Positions 1 through 8,496 of a stretch of DNA of 64,000 nt are shown one piece after another (position 1 is the stretch's first letter; each line of letters starts with the position of its first letter). Below the pieces are notes generated by a model, which did not search any database, had not been told where the DNA came from, and was given only the letters and a program-made list of their open reading frames with translations. The stretch is from a virus: positions 36,349 through 100,348 of the IMG/VR virus record IMGVR_UViG_3300002498_000005. One strand, 5' to 3'. The position numbers were made by a program, and so were the translations under genes.

Positions 1-57
1 TGATTATGCATAGTATTGTATATTTATACAGTATATAAAAGTATAAAAAAAAGAGAA

Positions 58-540
58 TTACATTCTCTTAATATTCGCCCATTTTGTTTTTTTAAATAAT
101 TCGTATAATGTTTTATTTATTCTTTTGCCCTTCATAAATATAAATGGATTAACAATATAGGCAAATTTTTTAGTCCCCGTTTTGTGTTTGCCTAAAATTT
201 CTTTTTCAACTAAGCTTAATAATAATCTATCTATTGTTCTTTCCGTTTGTTTGGTTTCTTGTATCATTATTTCCCTTGTTAGTAGTTGTCTATTTTTCTC
301 TAATATTCCGTCATCATAATTTATATACTGTATTAGATAATATAAAAATAGGCTTTCTTTACCTGTCAAATCTTCGGATAAGTCAAATAATACATTACTA
401 AATATTTTTATAAATGGTTCGTTTTTATTTAATTCTATAGAATTAATATATTTATCTATGGATGTACTTCTAACTATTCTATCGCCCTGTTGAATTTCTC
501 CCGTAATTGCTCCCGTATCTGTATCAACTACTATGTGCAT
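58..540 (-). CDS. RepL-like winged-HTH replication/maintenance protein
   Basis: FIKIF...LTGKESLFLYYL, HTH (TERTIDRLLLSLVEKEIL) and C-terminal YIVNPFIFMKG, typical of the Firmicute RepL family. Confidence 0.65.
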   Translation of the reverse strand: MHIVVDTDTGAITGEIQQGDRIVRSTSIDKYINSIELNKNEPFIKIFSNVLFDLSEDLTGKESLFLYYLIQYINYDDGILEKNRQLLTREIMIQETKQTERTIDRLLLSLVEKEILGKHKTGTKKFAYIVNPFIFMKGKRINKTLYELFKKTKWANIKRM

Positions 541-561
541 TGTTTATCCCCTTTTCATTAG

Positions 562-629
562 TTACAGTCATTTTTTGACTGTAAAACGCCTAGTTACAGT
601 CAGTTTTTGTCTGTAACTTTTGGCTGTAA
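562..629. promoter_or_regulatory. Tandem operator palindromes TTACAGTCA-N5-TGACTGTAA upstream of the RepL-like gene
   Basis: Perfect copy 562-584, one-mismatch copy 594-616, half-site 621-629. Confidence 0.6.
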
Positions 630-680
630 TCCAGTCATACCAGTACTTTTTGTATTTTGCTCTCTCTTACTCTTAATACA

Positions 681-1394
681 TTAATAATCTACTCTATATT
701 TTGTATTTTCTAAACACTTTATAATTGATTTTTCTATGTTAATATTTTTATTTTTACTTAAAGTTAATACATTATGCACAGAGAATATTATACTTTCTCG
801 CCATCTATTTTCAATTTTTGTATAACTTAACTTAAAATAGACTTTAGAATTGAAAGAATAACTTTCTATATAAATACTGGGTTTAAGAGTATCTAATATT
901 ATTTTATCTTTGTTCTTTTCAAACCAATAATATTCAAGGATATAGTGATAAATGGGTAGTATCTTTAATAGATTAATCTTTCTTTTCAATTGTTTTGTGC
1001 CGTCTAAATACGGTAATTTTATTATAATATTCTTAAATGTATTTCTATATATTAAATAATCTTTAAGGAGTTTATTAAACTTTTCATTGTCTGGAATAAT
1101 AGGCTCTTTTTGATTAACAATAGATATATTGTAACCGTTATTAATACTATCGTATTGTTTAATATAATAGCTTTCTTTGGATGGCAATTGCTCTAGATTT
1201 TCAATGGCTTCTAAGGTTTTATATATAAATGATTTATGGTCATATATATTCCAATCTATTTGAAACTTATAAGAATGATGTTCATTGCTATTTAATAATT
1301 GTTTGTGTTGTTTGATTCTCTTTTCTATATTGGTGCTACTGCCTATATAACATTTGTTATTTACTTTGTTTATTATCTGATATATACCCTGCAT
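681..1394 (-). CDS. GIY-YIG homing endonuclease
   Basis: GIYQIINKVNNKCYIGSS...R...E...GYN motif. Confidence 0.85.
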   Translation of the reverse strand: MQGIYQIINKVNNKCYIGSSTNIEKRIKQHKQLLNSNEHHSYKFQIDWNIYDHKSFIYKTLEAIENLEQLPSKESYYIKQYDSINNGYNISIVNQKEPIIPDNEKFNKLLKDYLIYRNTFKNIIIKLPYLDGTKQLKRKINLLKILPIYHYILEYYWFEKNKDKIILDTLKPSIYIESYSFNSKVYFKLSYTKIENRWRESIIFSVHNVLTLSKNKNINIEKSIIKCLENTKYRVDY

Positions 1395-1429
1395 ATTAGT
1401 CCTTCCTTTACTTGTATGTATTACCTTAT

Positions 1430-1459
1430 ATTATATCATATTATGGTGTGTATTGTCAA
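1430..1459 (-). promoter_or_regulatory. Sigma-A promoter for the GIY-YIG gene
   Basis: TTGACA-18 bp-TATAAT with extended -10 TG on the minus strand. Confidence 0.7.
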
Positions 1460-1468
1460 ATGTGGAAG

Positions 1469-1500
1469 TTATACACAATGTGTTGATAATGTGTGGATAA
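1469..1500. promoter_or_regulatory. Cluster of DnaA boxes
   Basis: TTATACACA 1469-1477, TGTTGATAA 1481-1489 (one mismatch), TGTGGATAA 1492-1500. Confidence 0.55.
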
Positions 1501-2120
1501 GTATAATTAATAGTATATAGTTATGTAGTATACAGTATATATCGTGAGCATATAAGAGTATATAGAAGTGTGTATATGTGATATATACAATATGTGTAAT
1601 AGTTAATTGTAATACTGGTTACATTTTAAAGTCATCTCAGAAATTCGGCTTGTTACCCAAGAAATACACCAAAAAACAGTAATAAAACAACACAAAGCAA
1701 AGTACAGCCAAACACTAGCAAACAACAATAATATACTAAGCTATACAGCTTTAAAATGTGCAATATCTGAACTTGTCTAAAATAATTACCATATTTTAGT
1801 TAAATATAGCCTTAAAACAAGTGTATAATGTACCGTTATAATGTGGTTTGGGTGCATATAGTGCTATATAGTGTAGTGGGGGGTATTTTACAATAATAAA
1901 TACCATAAATTCCCAAATACCCGTATAGCACATTCATCCACACACAAATATCCAAATTCCACCAATTCAAATATCCCGACACTCACCAACAAAACCCCAC
2001 CAAACTCCCCACATCCCAAACATTTCCAATTTCCCCGACAAATCCCACACAAAAATAAAAACATTAATACTTGCATACTATTTTTATCACTGGGCACACT
2101 AATATAAAGAAGGTGATAAA

Positions 2121-2240
2121 ATGATACAACTATGGCTACGACACATTATCAAGCAATTGGCAATCAAAAAACAAAAACAACGTAACCAACAATTAAAAAT
2201 AAATAATTGCTTAGAAAAAATAAATAAACAACGTATATAA
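2121..2240 (+). CDS. Small basic peptide (39 aa)
   Basis: AAGGTGA RBS then ATG; MIQLWLRHIIKQLAIKKQKQ... Confidence 0.3.
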   Translation: MIQLWLRHIIKQLAIKKQKQRNQQLKINNCLEKINKQRI

Positions 2241-2563
2241 TCAGCATAATTGGACATAATACTAACAATACAACAAATCAACACACAAAATAGCACAGCC
2301 ACGCAACAAAAAAATCCACACCAAAATGATGTGAAATAAAAAAAACATAAATAACACAAGTAAAAATATATTATATAATATATTATGATTCCCAGACAAA
2401 CTAAGGACACCCAACATTACAACTAAACATGCAAATTCAAACAACCAGTTAATTGAACATAGTTTTAATGCACATTTTGATAAATAGAATGAATAGTTCT
2501 ATTTATTTTATTGCACAAACATATATAACTTGTCCCACAATACACAATGAAATTATCTAATAG

Positions 2564-2910
2564 GTCATGAATTGTGACCCATAACATATTAACTATATAT
2601 ATAATATTATATATATTAATAGTATTATAGGTATTATATATATAACTATATAACTATATTATAATATATATATTATATAATTATATATATGTTATGAGTC
2701 ATTAATTGTGACCTATTGACAAAATTAACCTGTTGGTGGTATACTTAATCAGTCATTAATAATGACCTATAACATATGTATATAATATTATAATTATATC
2801 TAAACAATATATACTTAGATTATTATATATAACTATATTATTTATTATAAATATTATTATATATAATATAACTATAAAGTTAATATATATTATAAGTCAT
2901 GATTTGTGAC
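2564..2910. repeat. Four GTCA-N7-TGAC palindromes separated by TA-rich tracts
   Basis: Boxes at 2564-2578, 2698-2712, 2752-2766, 2896-2910. Confidence 0.75.
2716..2745 (+). promoter_or_regulatory. Sigma-A promoter between operator boxes 2 and 3
   Basis: TTGACA-18 bp-TATACT with extended -10 TG. Confidence 0.65.
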
Positions 2911-2927
2911 TCTTTAGGAGGTGTAAT

Positions 2928-3245
2928 ATGACAGGTAAATCTGCCCCCACATTAATATATTCTACTGATAAAGGCTTAAACAAGGGGTTTTATCAAATAC
3001 CACAATCTTTTATGCAAGTCATATTTAAGCACTTCTCATATAATCAAGCTAAGATATTATTGACTCTATGCGGTACTAAAGCTGGGTTTAAACCTTCAGC
3101 TAAATGGATGACTCAGCAAACTGGACTTGCCAGTAATGTTTATTTCAAAAATAAAGCAGAACTTATAAAACAAAATTATATTGTCTATGACGCTGCCAAA
3201 AATACAATTTCAATCAATTATGAAAAAATCTATGCTATGCTATAA
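2928..3245 (+). CDS. Small winged-HTH DNA-binding protein
   Basis: AGGAGG RBS; FKPSAKWMTQQTGLASNVYFKNKAELIKQNYI resembles a replication-type HTH. Confidence 0.55.
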   Translation: MTGKSAPTLIYSTDKGLNKGFYQIPQSFMQVIFKHFSYNQAKILLTLCGTKAGFKPSAKWMTQQTGLASNVYFKNKAELIKQNYIVYDAAKNTISINYEKIYAML

Positions 3246-3247
3246 AT

Positions 3248-3539
3248 TTCCTTACTGGAATACTGTGCTATCTCAGAAGGTTTTCGTATGCTCTAAGCGT
3301 TTTTATATCACTTTAGGTATAATCTATCCACCAGCACATTAAATTCAAAACAGGGGGTAAAAACTCTCAAAAACATATGCCTATATCAATACATGTAAAT
3401 TTTAAAATTTAGATTAGGGAAACCTAGTCTTTTTTTTGTTGTCCCCCTGCCAAGTTCCTTACTGGAATATTGTGGCACTAGAGAAGGTTTTGGCATACTC
3501 TAAGACGTTTTATACCATTACTGGCACAATCTATCCACC
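3248..3539 (+). repeat. Two ~85-bp imperfect direct repeats (3248-3332, 3455-3539)
   Basis: Both run TTCCTTACTGGAATA...AGAAGGTTTT...CTCTAAG...TTTTATA...AATCTATCCACC. Confidence 0.8.
3411..3437 (+). terminator. Intrinsic terminator
   Basis: AGATTAGG-GAAA-CCTAGTCT followed by a T run. Confidence 0.7.
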
Positions 3540-3609
3540 TAGGGGTAAAAAATGAAAATAGATAATTTTAATGGCTAAAAATGTAAAGTACCATACATAT
3601 ATGGTAAAC

Positions 3610-3639
3610 TTGACAAAACTTCCCAATATGTGGTATAAT
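3610..3639 (+). promoter_or_regulatory. Sigma-A promoter
   Basis: TTGACA-18 bp-TATAAT with extended -10 TG. Confidence 0.7.
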
Positions 3640-3672
3640 AATGATATAAAGAATGGCAGGAGGAACAACATC

Positions 3673-4254
3673 TTGAGTAGTAGTTATTCATACATATTAA
3701 AAAATTTTAAAGGTAAATATAATTTGTCAGTGCCATATGATTTAGAAAAAAACGAGTTCCCCGTTGAGATAGATGGAGAATACAGCAATTATTATGACAT
3801 ACGGATAGACTGCCGTAAGGGTTTTATATATCATGCGGGGCAATCTACGTTGATGGCATGTTTTGACACTATAAATTTACGGAATAGAGTGCTAAAACAA
3901 TTAGACCCATCTATCATTATAGAGGCTGAAAAAAATTGGTATGATTTTTCGTTTGATGCGAAAGACATAGAGCCAGTGGCAAAAGCTATGCAAGCAAAGA
4001 TATCACACAAAAATCGAAGTCCGTATAGCGTGAAGAATTTACCCCAATATGTTCCTAATAACGCATATTTATGCAAACAAGTTTCCAAGTTTATAATTGA
4101 TAAATATGGGATAGGTCAATACAACAAGGTCATGCAAAAGTATTTCCGCAAATATAAGATTAAGTATAAAAAAGAAGGTCGTCTAAAATATATTCACATT
4201 TTGGACAAGCATAATAAACTACAAGAGGTGCTCGATGACATCAATAAATTATAA
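3673..4254 (+). CDS. Hypothetical phage protein
   Basis: Long ORF; TTG start after AGGAGG and downstream of the promoter (ORF track starts at 3571). Confidence 0.6.
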   Translation: MSSSYSYILKNFKGKYNLSVPYDLEKNEFPVEIDGEYSNYYDIRIDCRKGFIYHAGQSTLMACFDTINLRNRVLKQLDPSIIIEAEKNWYDFSFDAKDIEPVAKAMQAKISHKNRSPYSVKNLPQYVPNNAYLCKQVSKFIIDKYGIGQYNKVMQKYFRKYKIKYKKEGRLKYIHILDKHNKLQEVLDDINKL

Positions 4255-5368
4255 TATCAAAACTGTAGAGGCGCGCATTAGAAGGGTTAATAAAATATTA
4301 GAAGAAAATGAAGATAGCATACAGAGATATTTTGATAATGTGTTTCTTAATAAAGCGACTAAAATCCCATATCATTATTTATTGAATCAATTATCAAATT
4401 ATATTTTATATGACAAGCCATCCTCTCCATACAAAAAAGAGATGCAAGACAAATTTGAAAATTCAGCACTTGGATTGCACGGAGATGGAGAACCATATTA
4501 TTTAAAAGATAAAATAACAATTGAGGAAAAAGATTTGGACATTCCAGAGATAAAAGAGAAGCAAGACCTAATAAATGCCCTAAAAACACAAAAAAAATGG
4601 GCAAAAGAGGCTAAATATGACCAAATATTGATAAAAGAGAGCAAATTACCCCCATTGCGGGCACATTCTATCTGCTGTGTGCCACAATATGAGCAAATTT
4701 TTGAGTTTGAGGAAGAAGATCAGCAATCATATTATTGCCAAGAAAATGAAGATGTGGATATATTTGAAATTGATACTACAAATAATCCTCTCAATTTAGA
4801 CTTATTTGACGAGGATAATTGGAATAAGATTATTTTAAGAGTTCTGCCGTACCAAAATCAAGTTGGCAGTAGAGTGGACAAGCTGGTGACAATTTTTAAT
4901 AAAGTATATCCGCTTTGTGAATTTCGGAAAGTTGAAAGAGATATAATACGGATTTTCCAAGAGTCTAAAAAGAAAGATTATGGATATGAAATTGTCAAAA
5001 ATATTGATGTATCCAAAAAACTTGGCATAGACCAAAATGCGGTCAGTCGCAACATCCAATCGATTTGCAAAAAGCTTTGCGATGCCTATGAGGAATTATT
5101 TACTGATTATTATTACACATTTTTAGTTAAAGGCACTTATAAAAAATGCTCAAAATGTGGAGAAAACAAAATTATTCAAAAATATCATAAGAATAGCAAT
5201 TCGGCAGATGGTCGTAAATCTATTTGTACAGATTGCTTAAAGGCAATGTACAAAGTGTGTAATATATGCGAAGAAAATTTAAACATTGATGAATTTGCTT
5301 TAGATAAAAACACAAAAGATGGGCACAAAAGTTACTGTAAAACCTGTGACGCAAACCGTAAAAAATAA
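4235..5368 (+). CDS. Sigma-region-4-like HTH protein with two C-terminal Zn-ribbon repeats (putative transcription factor)
   Basis: IDVSKKLGIDQNAVSRNIQSICKKL HTH; CSKC..CTDC and CNIC..CKTC. Confidence 0.5.
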   Translation: MTSINYNIKTVEARIRRVNKILEENEDSIQRYFDNVFLNKATKIPYHYLLNQLSNYILYDKPSSPYKKEMQDKFENSALGLHGDGEPYYLKDKITIEEKDLDIPEIKEKQDLINALKTQKKWAKEAKYDQILIKESKLPPLRAHSICCVPQYEQIFEFEEEDQQSYYCQENEDVDIFEIDTTNNPLNLDLFDEDNWNKIILRVLPYQNQVGSRVDKLVTIFNKVYPLCEFRKVERDIIRIFQESKKKDYGYEIVKNIDVSKKLGIDQNAVSRNIQSICKKLCDAYEELFTDYYYTFLVKGTYKKCSKCGENKIIQKYHKNSNSADGRKSICTDCLKAMYKVCNICEENLNIDEFALDKNTKDGHKSYCKTCDANRKK

Positions 5369-5495
5369 AACCATTTGCGGAAAATGCCAAAATTTAGGTG
5401 CAGTTTTTGGGAGTTATATCGGAGTAAAAAATGGGCTGTTCTAAAAGTACGGATTTTTTGCTTCAAAACCACATATATAAGTGAGGAAGTATTTT

Positions 5496-5795
5496 ATGAA
5501 TAAAATTAATGCGAGTGAATTTTGCAAATTATTGTCTCCGCATACAAGAGGACAAGTTAACGCAAAACAATGGAAAGATTTACTAAAGATATTGCAAATG
5601 GAAATTGGAAAACAATTAAATCAAAATGATTGCGAAATACACTTACCGTTTGGAACGTTTTCAAAAATAGAGAATAAACAACAATTTATAAAAAAATCAA
5701 TTAATGGCGTAGAGAATGTGCCGATTAAAAATAAATATCAAGCAAGGTGCTCTTGCAATCAACTAAAGGAGTTAGTTAATGACGGAGAAAATTGA
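5496..5795 (+). CDS. HU/IHF-like DNA-binding protein
   Basis: IHLPFGTF...LKELVN pattern; position matches SPbeta yonN. Confidence 0.55.
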   Translation: MNKINASEFCKLLSPHTRGQVNAKQWKDLLKILQMEIGKQLNQNDCEIHLPFGTFSKIENKQQFIKKSINGVENVPIKNKYQARCSCNQLKELVNDGEN

Positions 5796-7026
5796 ACAAA
5801 AGAAATACGTTATACAACTAAAAATAAATGAAAATCTTGATTATAGAGAAACGGCAATCCGTGCAAATAAAAATTTTAATACAGATTATTGGGACGGCGA
5901 AAGAGTCAGAGATGTAATGCGTAAGTTTCGTAGGAAAGAAAATGAAAAACGAATAGGTGTATCAGAAGGAAATTGTGAATCAAATCTACAATCAAAAGAA
6001 GATAGTAAATATAAATTACAAGAAGATAAAATCAATCAAAAAATACAAGAGCTGCAAAAAGAACGTATTAGAGTTCAAACCGAAAAAATTGAATTAAATA
6101 ACTTATTGCGGCAACAAGTTAGAGCTGATATGACTGAAGATAAAATAGTCGATGCGTTAAAAAATAAGCTAAAAGATATATACGTCTCAAACATCAAACC
6201 TATTCAAAGAAAAAAGAATGACATATCTACATTGGTTGCTTTAGCAGATATGCATTATGGTGTTGAATTTGAGATATTAGATTTAATTGGTAATGTTTTA
6301 AATAAGTATAGTCCTGAAATTTTTGAGCAGAGAATGTGGACAATCTTAAATGATATTGTTATATATGCTAACAAAAATAACATAAATGAAGTAACAATTC
6401 TTAACCTCGGTGATGAGCTGGAGGGAATAATCCACGTTAGTCAATTAATGAGTTTACGATATGGGGCAATTGAATCGGTGATTCTTTTATCTGATTTTTT
6501 AGTTAAATGGATATTAACTTTAGCTCAATATCTAAGAGTAAATTATAAACAAGTTCAGGGAAACCACACAGAATCCAGAATTCTAACTGGAAAGAAGGGG
6601 GACTTCCCTCATGAAAATCTTTCTAAAATAATTATTTGGCATTTACGCTCCGTAATGGAGAGCAAAAATGTACCTAACATAAGTATACAAGAATATAATG
6701 CTGAAGGCAATGTTTATTTTAATTTAAGTGGATACGATATATTAGCCGTTCACGGGCACAACGAAAGTAATAATTTAATTAAATCATTAAATGACTATAC
6801 TATGCTTTATAATAAAAATAATATTGATTATTTAATGGCAGGACATTTACATATGGGGTTATCCGCAGACGCTTGTAAGGATAAAGAAGTCGTGCGCTTC
6901 CCTTCAATAATGGGCGGCAATGAGTATTCTTTAAGTATTAAAAAAATGTCCAATGCTGGTACTAAAATTATATTATTTGAAAAAGATAAGGGCATTACCG
7001 ACGAGCATCGAATTTTGCTAAAATAA
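5779..7026 (+). CDS. Calcineurin-like metallophosphoesterase with N-terminal coiled coil (YonJ-like)
   Basis: DMH, GD, GNH, HGH, GHLH motifs. Confidence 0.85.
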   Translation: MTEKIEQKKYVIQLKINENLDYRETAIRANKNFNTDYWDGERVRDVMRKFRRKENEKRIGVSEGNCESNLQSKEDSKYKLQEDKINQKIQELQKERIRVQTEKIELNNLLRQQVRADMTEDKIVDALKNKLKDIYVSNIKPIQRKKNDISTLVALADMHYGVEFEILDLIGNVLNKYSPEIFEQRMWTILNDIVIYANKNNINEVTILNLGDELEGIIHVSQLMSLRYGAIESVILLSDFLVKWILTLAQYLRVNYKQVQGNHTESRILTGKKGDFPHENLSKIIIWHLRSVMESKNVPNISIQEYNAEGNVYFNLSGYDILAVHGHNESNNLIKSLNDYTMLYNKNNIDYLMAGHLHMGLSADACKDKEVVRFPSIMGGNEYSLSIKKMSNAGTKIILFEKDKGITDEHRILLK

Positions 7027-7079
7027 GAATCGAGTAAAAACTCAAAAAAAGAGTTATTAGGTATAAAATCTCAACAAAA

Positions 7080-7246
7080 AATATGTGATGGCGGAATCTA
7101 TATAATAACCGATGTAAGCGGTTTGTACTTACTGAAAGGGCTTTTATGTAAAGACGCATCAAGTACGGTATGACATCGGGCGCACGGTGAGATTACTTTA
7201 GCAAAAATCATACCTTCCCATGGTGTAAGTCCATGGGTCACATATT
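7080..7246 (+). ncRNA. tRNA-like structured RNA (~165 nt)
   Basis: 9-bp closing stem AATATGTGA/TCACATATT, TGGCGGAAT..AGACGC D-arm-like ends, CCCATGG-7nt-CCATGGG T-arm-like hairpin. Confidence 0.5.
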
Positions 7247-7497
7247 TATTTTATTAAAGCAAATGTTTACCGCTTGCCGATGGCACGGAATATAAATGAT
7301 TCGGTTTGCAAATTATTAAAGCGGTTGACGTTCTAGTAACCAGACCGCTAAATTACCTTGTTGGTAAATTATTAGAAACAAACTAATCCAACTAAAGAAA
7401 ACGAGAAGACGGTCACATAAACAGTGATTTTTGTTTGTTAGTATTCACTTACCAATTCTCCACATCTTAATTTTGAAGGCTTTATAAGATGTAACAT

Positions 7498-7572
7498 GCT
7501 GAAGTAGCTCAATGGTAGAGCCACTGATTTGTAATCAGTAGGTTAAGAGTCCGAATCTCTTCTTTAGCTCCA
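7498..7572 (+). tRNA. tRNA-Thr(TGT)
   Basis: Cloverleaf with GCTGAAG/CTTTAGC acceptor, ACTGA-TTTGTAA-TCAGT anticodon arm, encoded CCA. Confidence 0.9.
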
Positions 7573-7749
7573 ACTGTAGGCGTAACGCCGATTGCCTCCT
7601 CTTATGAGGAGTATCCTACTAGTGGTGCCCCGCTACCAATAAGTGCGGATTATAGATGTCAAAAATAGGTTAATAAATATTAGCCTTCACTTTATGGAGA
7701 GGCTAAATACCTCTCTTGTAAGGTGTAAATTATTGATTGGAGCGAATAA

Positions 7750-7923
7750 ATGATACAAGCAGTAGTAGTGTTAATATGTTGTACAGCAATATTGCTAATC
7801 AACTTTGATCAAAATAGAACTATTAGGGAATATGAGGACATTATCGGAGAGTTAATAGGAGAAAACGAAGCACTGGTTAGTTTATACAATGAAAAAATCA
7901 AAGAAACTTTACATAAAGAATAA
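7750..7923 (+). CDS. Small membrane-anchored protein (57 aa)
   Basis: GGAG RBS; MIQAVVVLICCTAILLINF hydrophobic N-terminus then coiled coil. Confidence 0.5.
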   Translation: MIQAVVVLICCTAILLINFDQNRTIREYEDIIGELIGENEALVSLYNEKIKETLHKE

Positions 7924-7991
7924 AACTATAAAATAGCTGCCAATATGATATGTGCAGCTATTTTCTTTATTATAGGATAAGGGCGTTGATA

Positions 7992-8477
7992 ATGAACATA
8001 CTCTCACTTGACCAAGCCAGCGTAATTTCAGGTTATGCAATATTTGATCTTGGGGGGCGAATAGTTGCTTACGGCATTATAGATCTTTCGAAATTGCCTA
8101 AGTCGACACAGCAAGATCAAGCAAATAAAAGGAATGTTTTAATTAATAATATACACGATTTAGTGCAGAAATATGATATACAACAAATTATCACAGAGGG
8201 AATTTATTACCATTCAAACCAGTCTACATACGAAAAACTTGCAAAGGTTCAGGGGTGTGTGCAAGATTATGCTGTGCGTAAAAATCTGGTTTGTTTTTCT
8301 TGGGCTAATGCGGGTGAGTGGCGCAAATGGATTTCAATAACAGGGAAAAAACGAGAAGATTATAAGGCGGCAACAAAAAGATATGTAATTGAAAATTTTG
8401 ATGTGCCAGACGATTTAGTGGAAGATATCTACGACGCGATAGGGATATGTAGTGCGTATTTTGTGATGCTAAAGTGA
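7992..8477 (+). CDS. RuvC-like Holliday junction resolvase
   Basis: ILSLDQAS..SGYAIF, ITEG, W-R-K, DIYDAIGI RNase H-fold motifs. Confidence 0.8.
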   Translation: MNILSLDQASVISGYAIFDLGGRIVAYGIIDLSKLPKSTQQDQANKRNVLINNIHDLVQKYDIQQIITEGIYYHSNQSTYEKLAKVQGCVQDYAVRKNLVCFSWANAGEWRKWISITGKKREDYKAATKRYVIENFDVPDDLVEDIYDAIGICSAYFVMLK

Positions 8478-8496
8478 CAGGAAGTGAATAAAAGGA

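Noticed and set aside
1888-2444. Cys/Phe/Leu-rich minus-strand ORFs
   Set aside because: Artefacts of the G-poor skewed tract; no RBS or recognisable motifs.
3248-3539. Possible CRISPR mini-array
   Set aside because: Only two long, diverged copies; no repeat-spacer periodicity. The Cas4-like gene sits in the replication operon.
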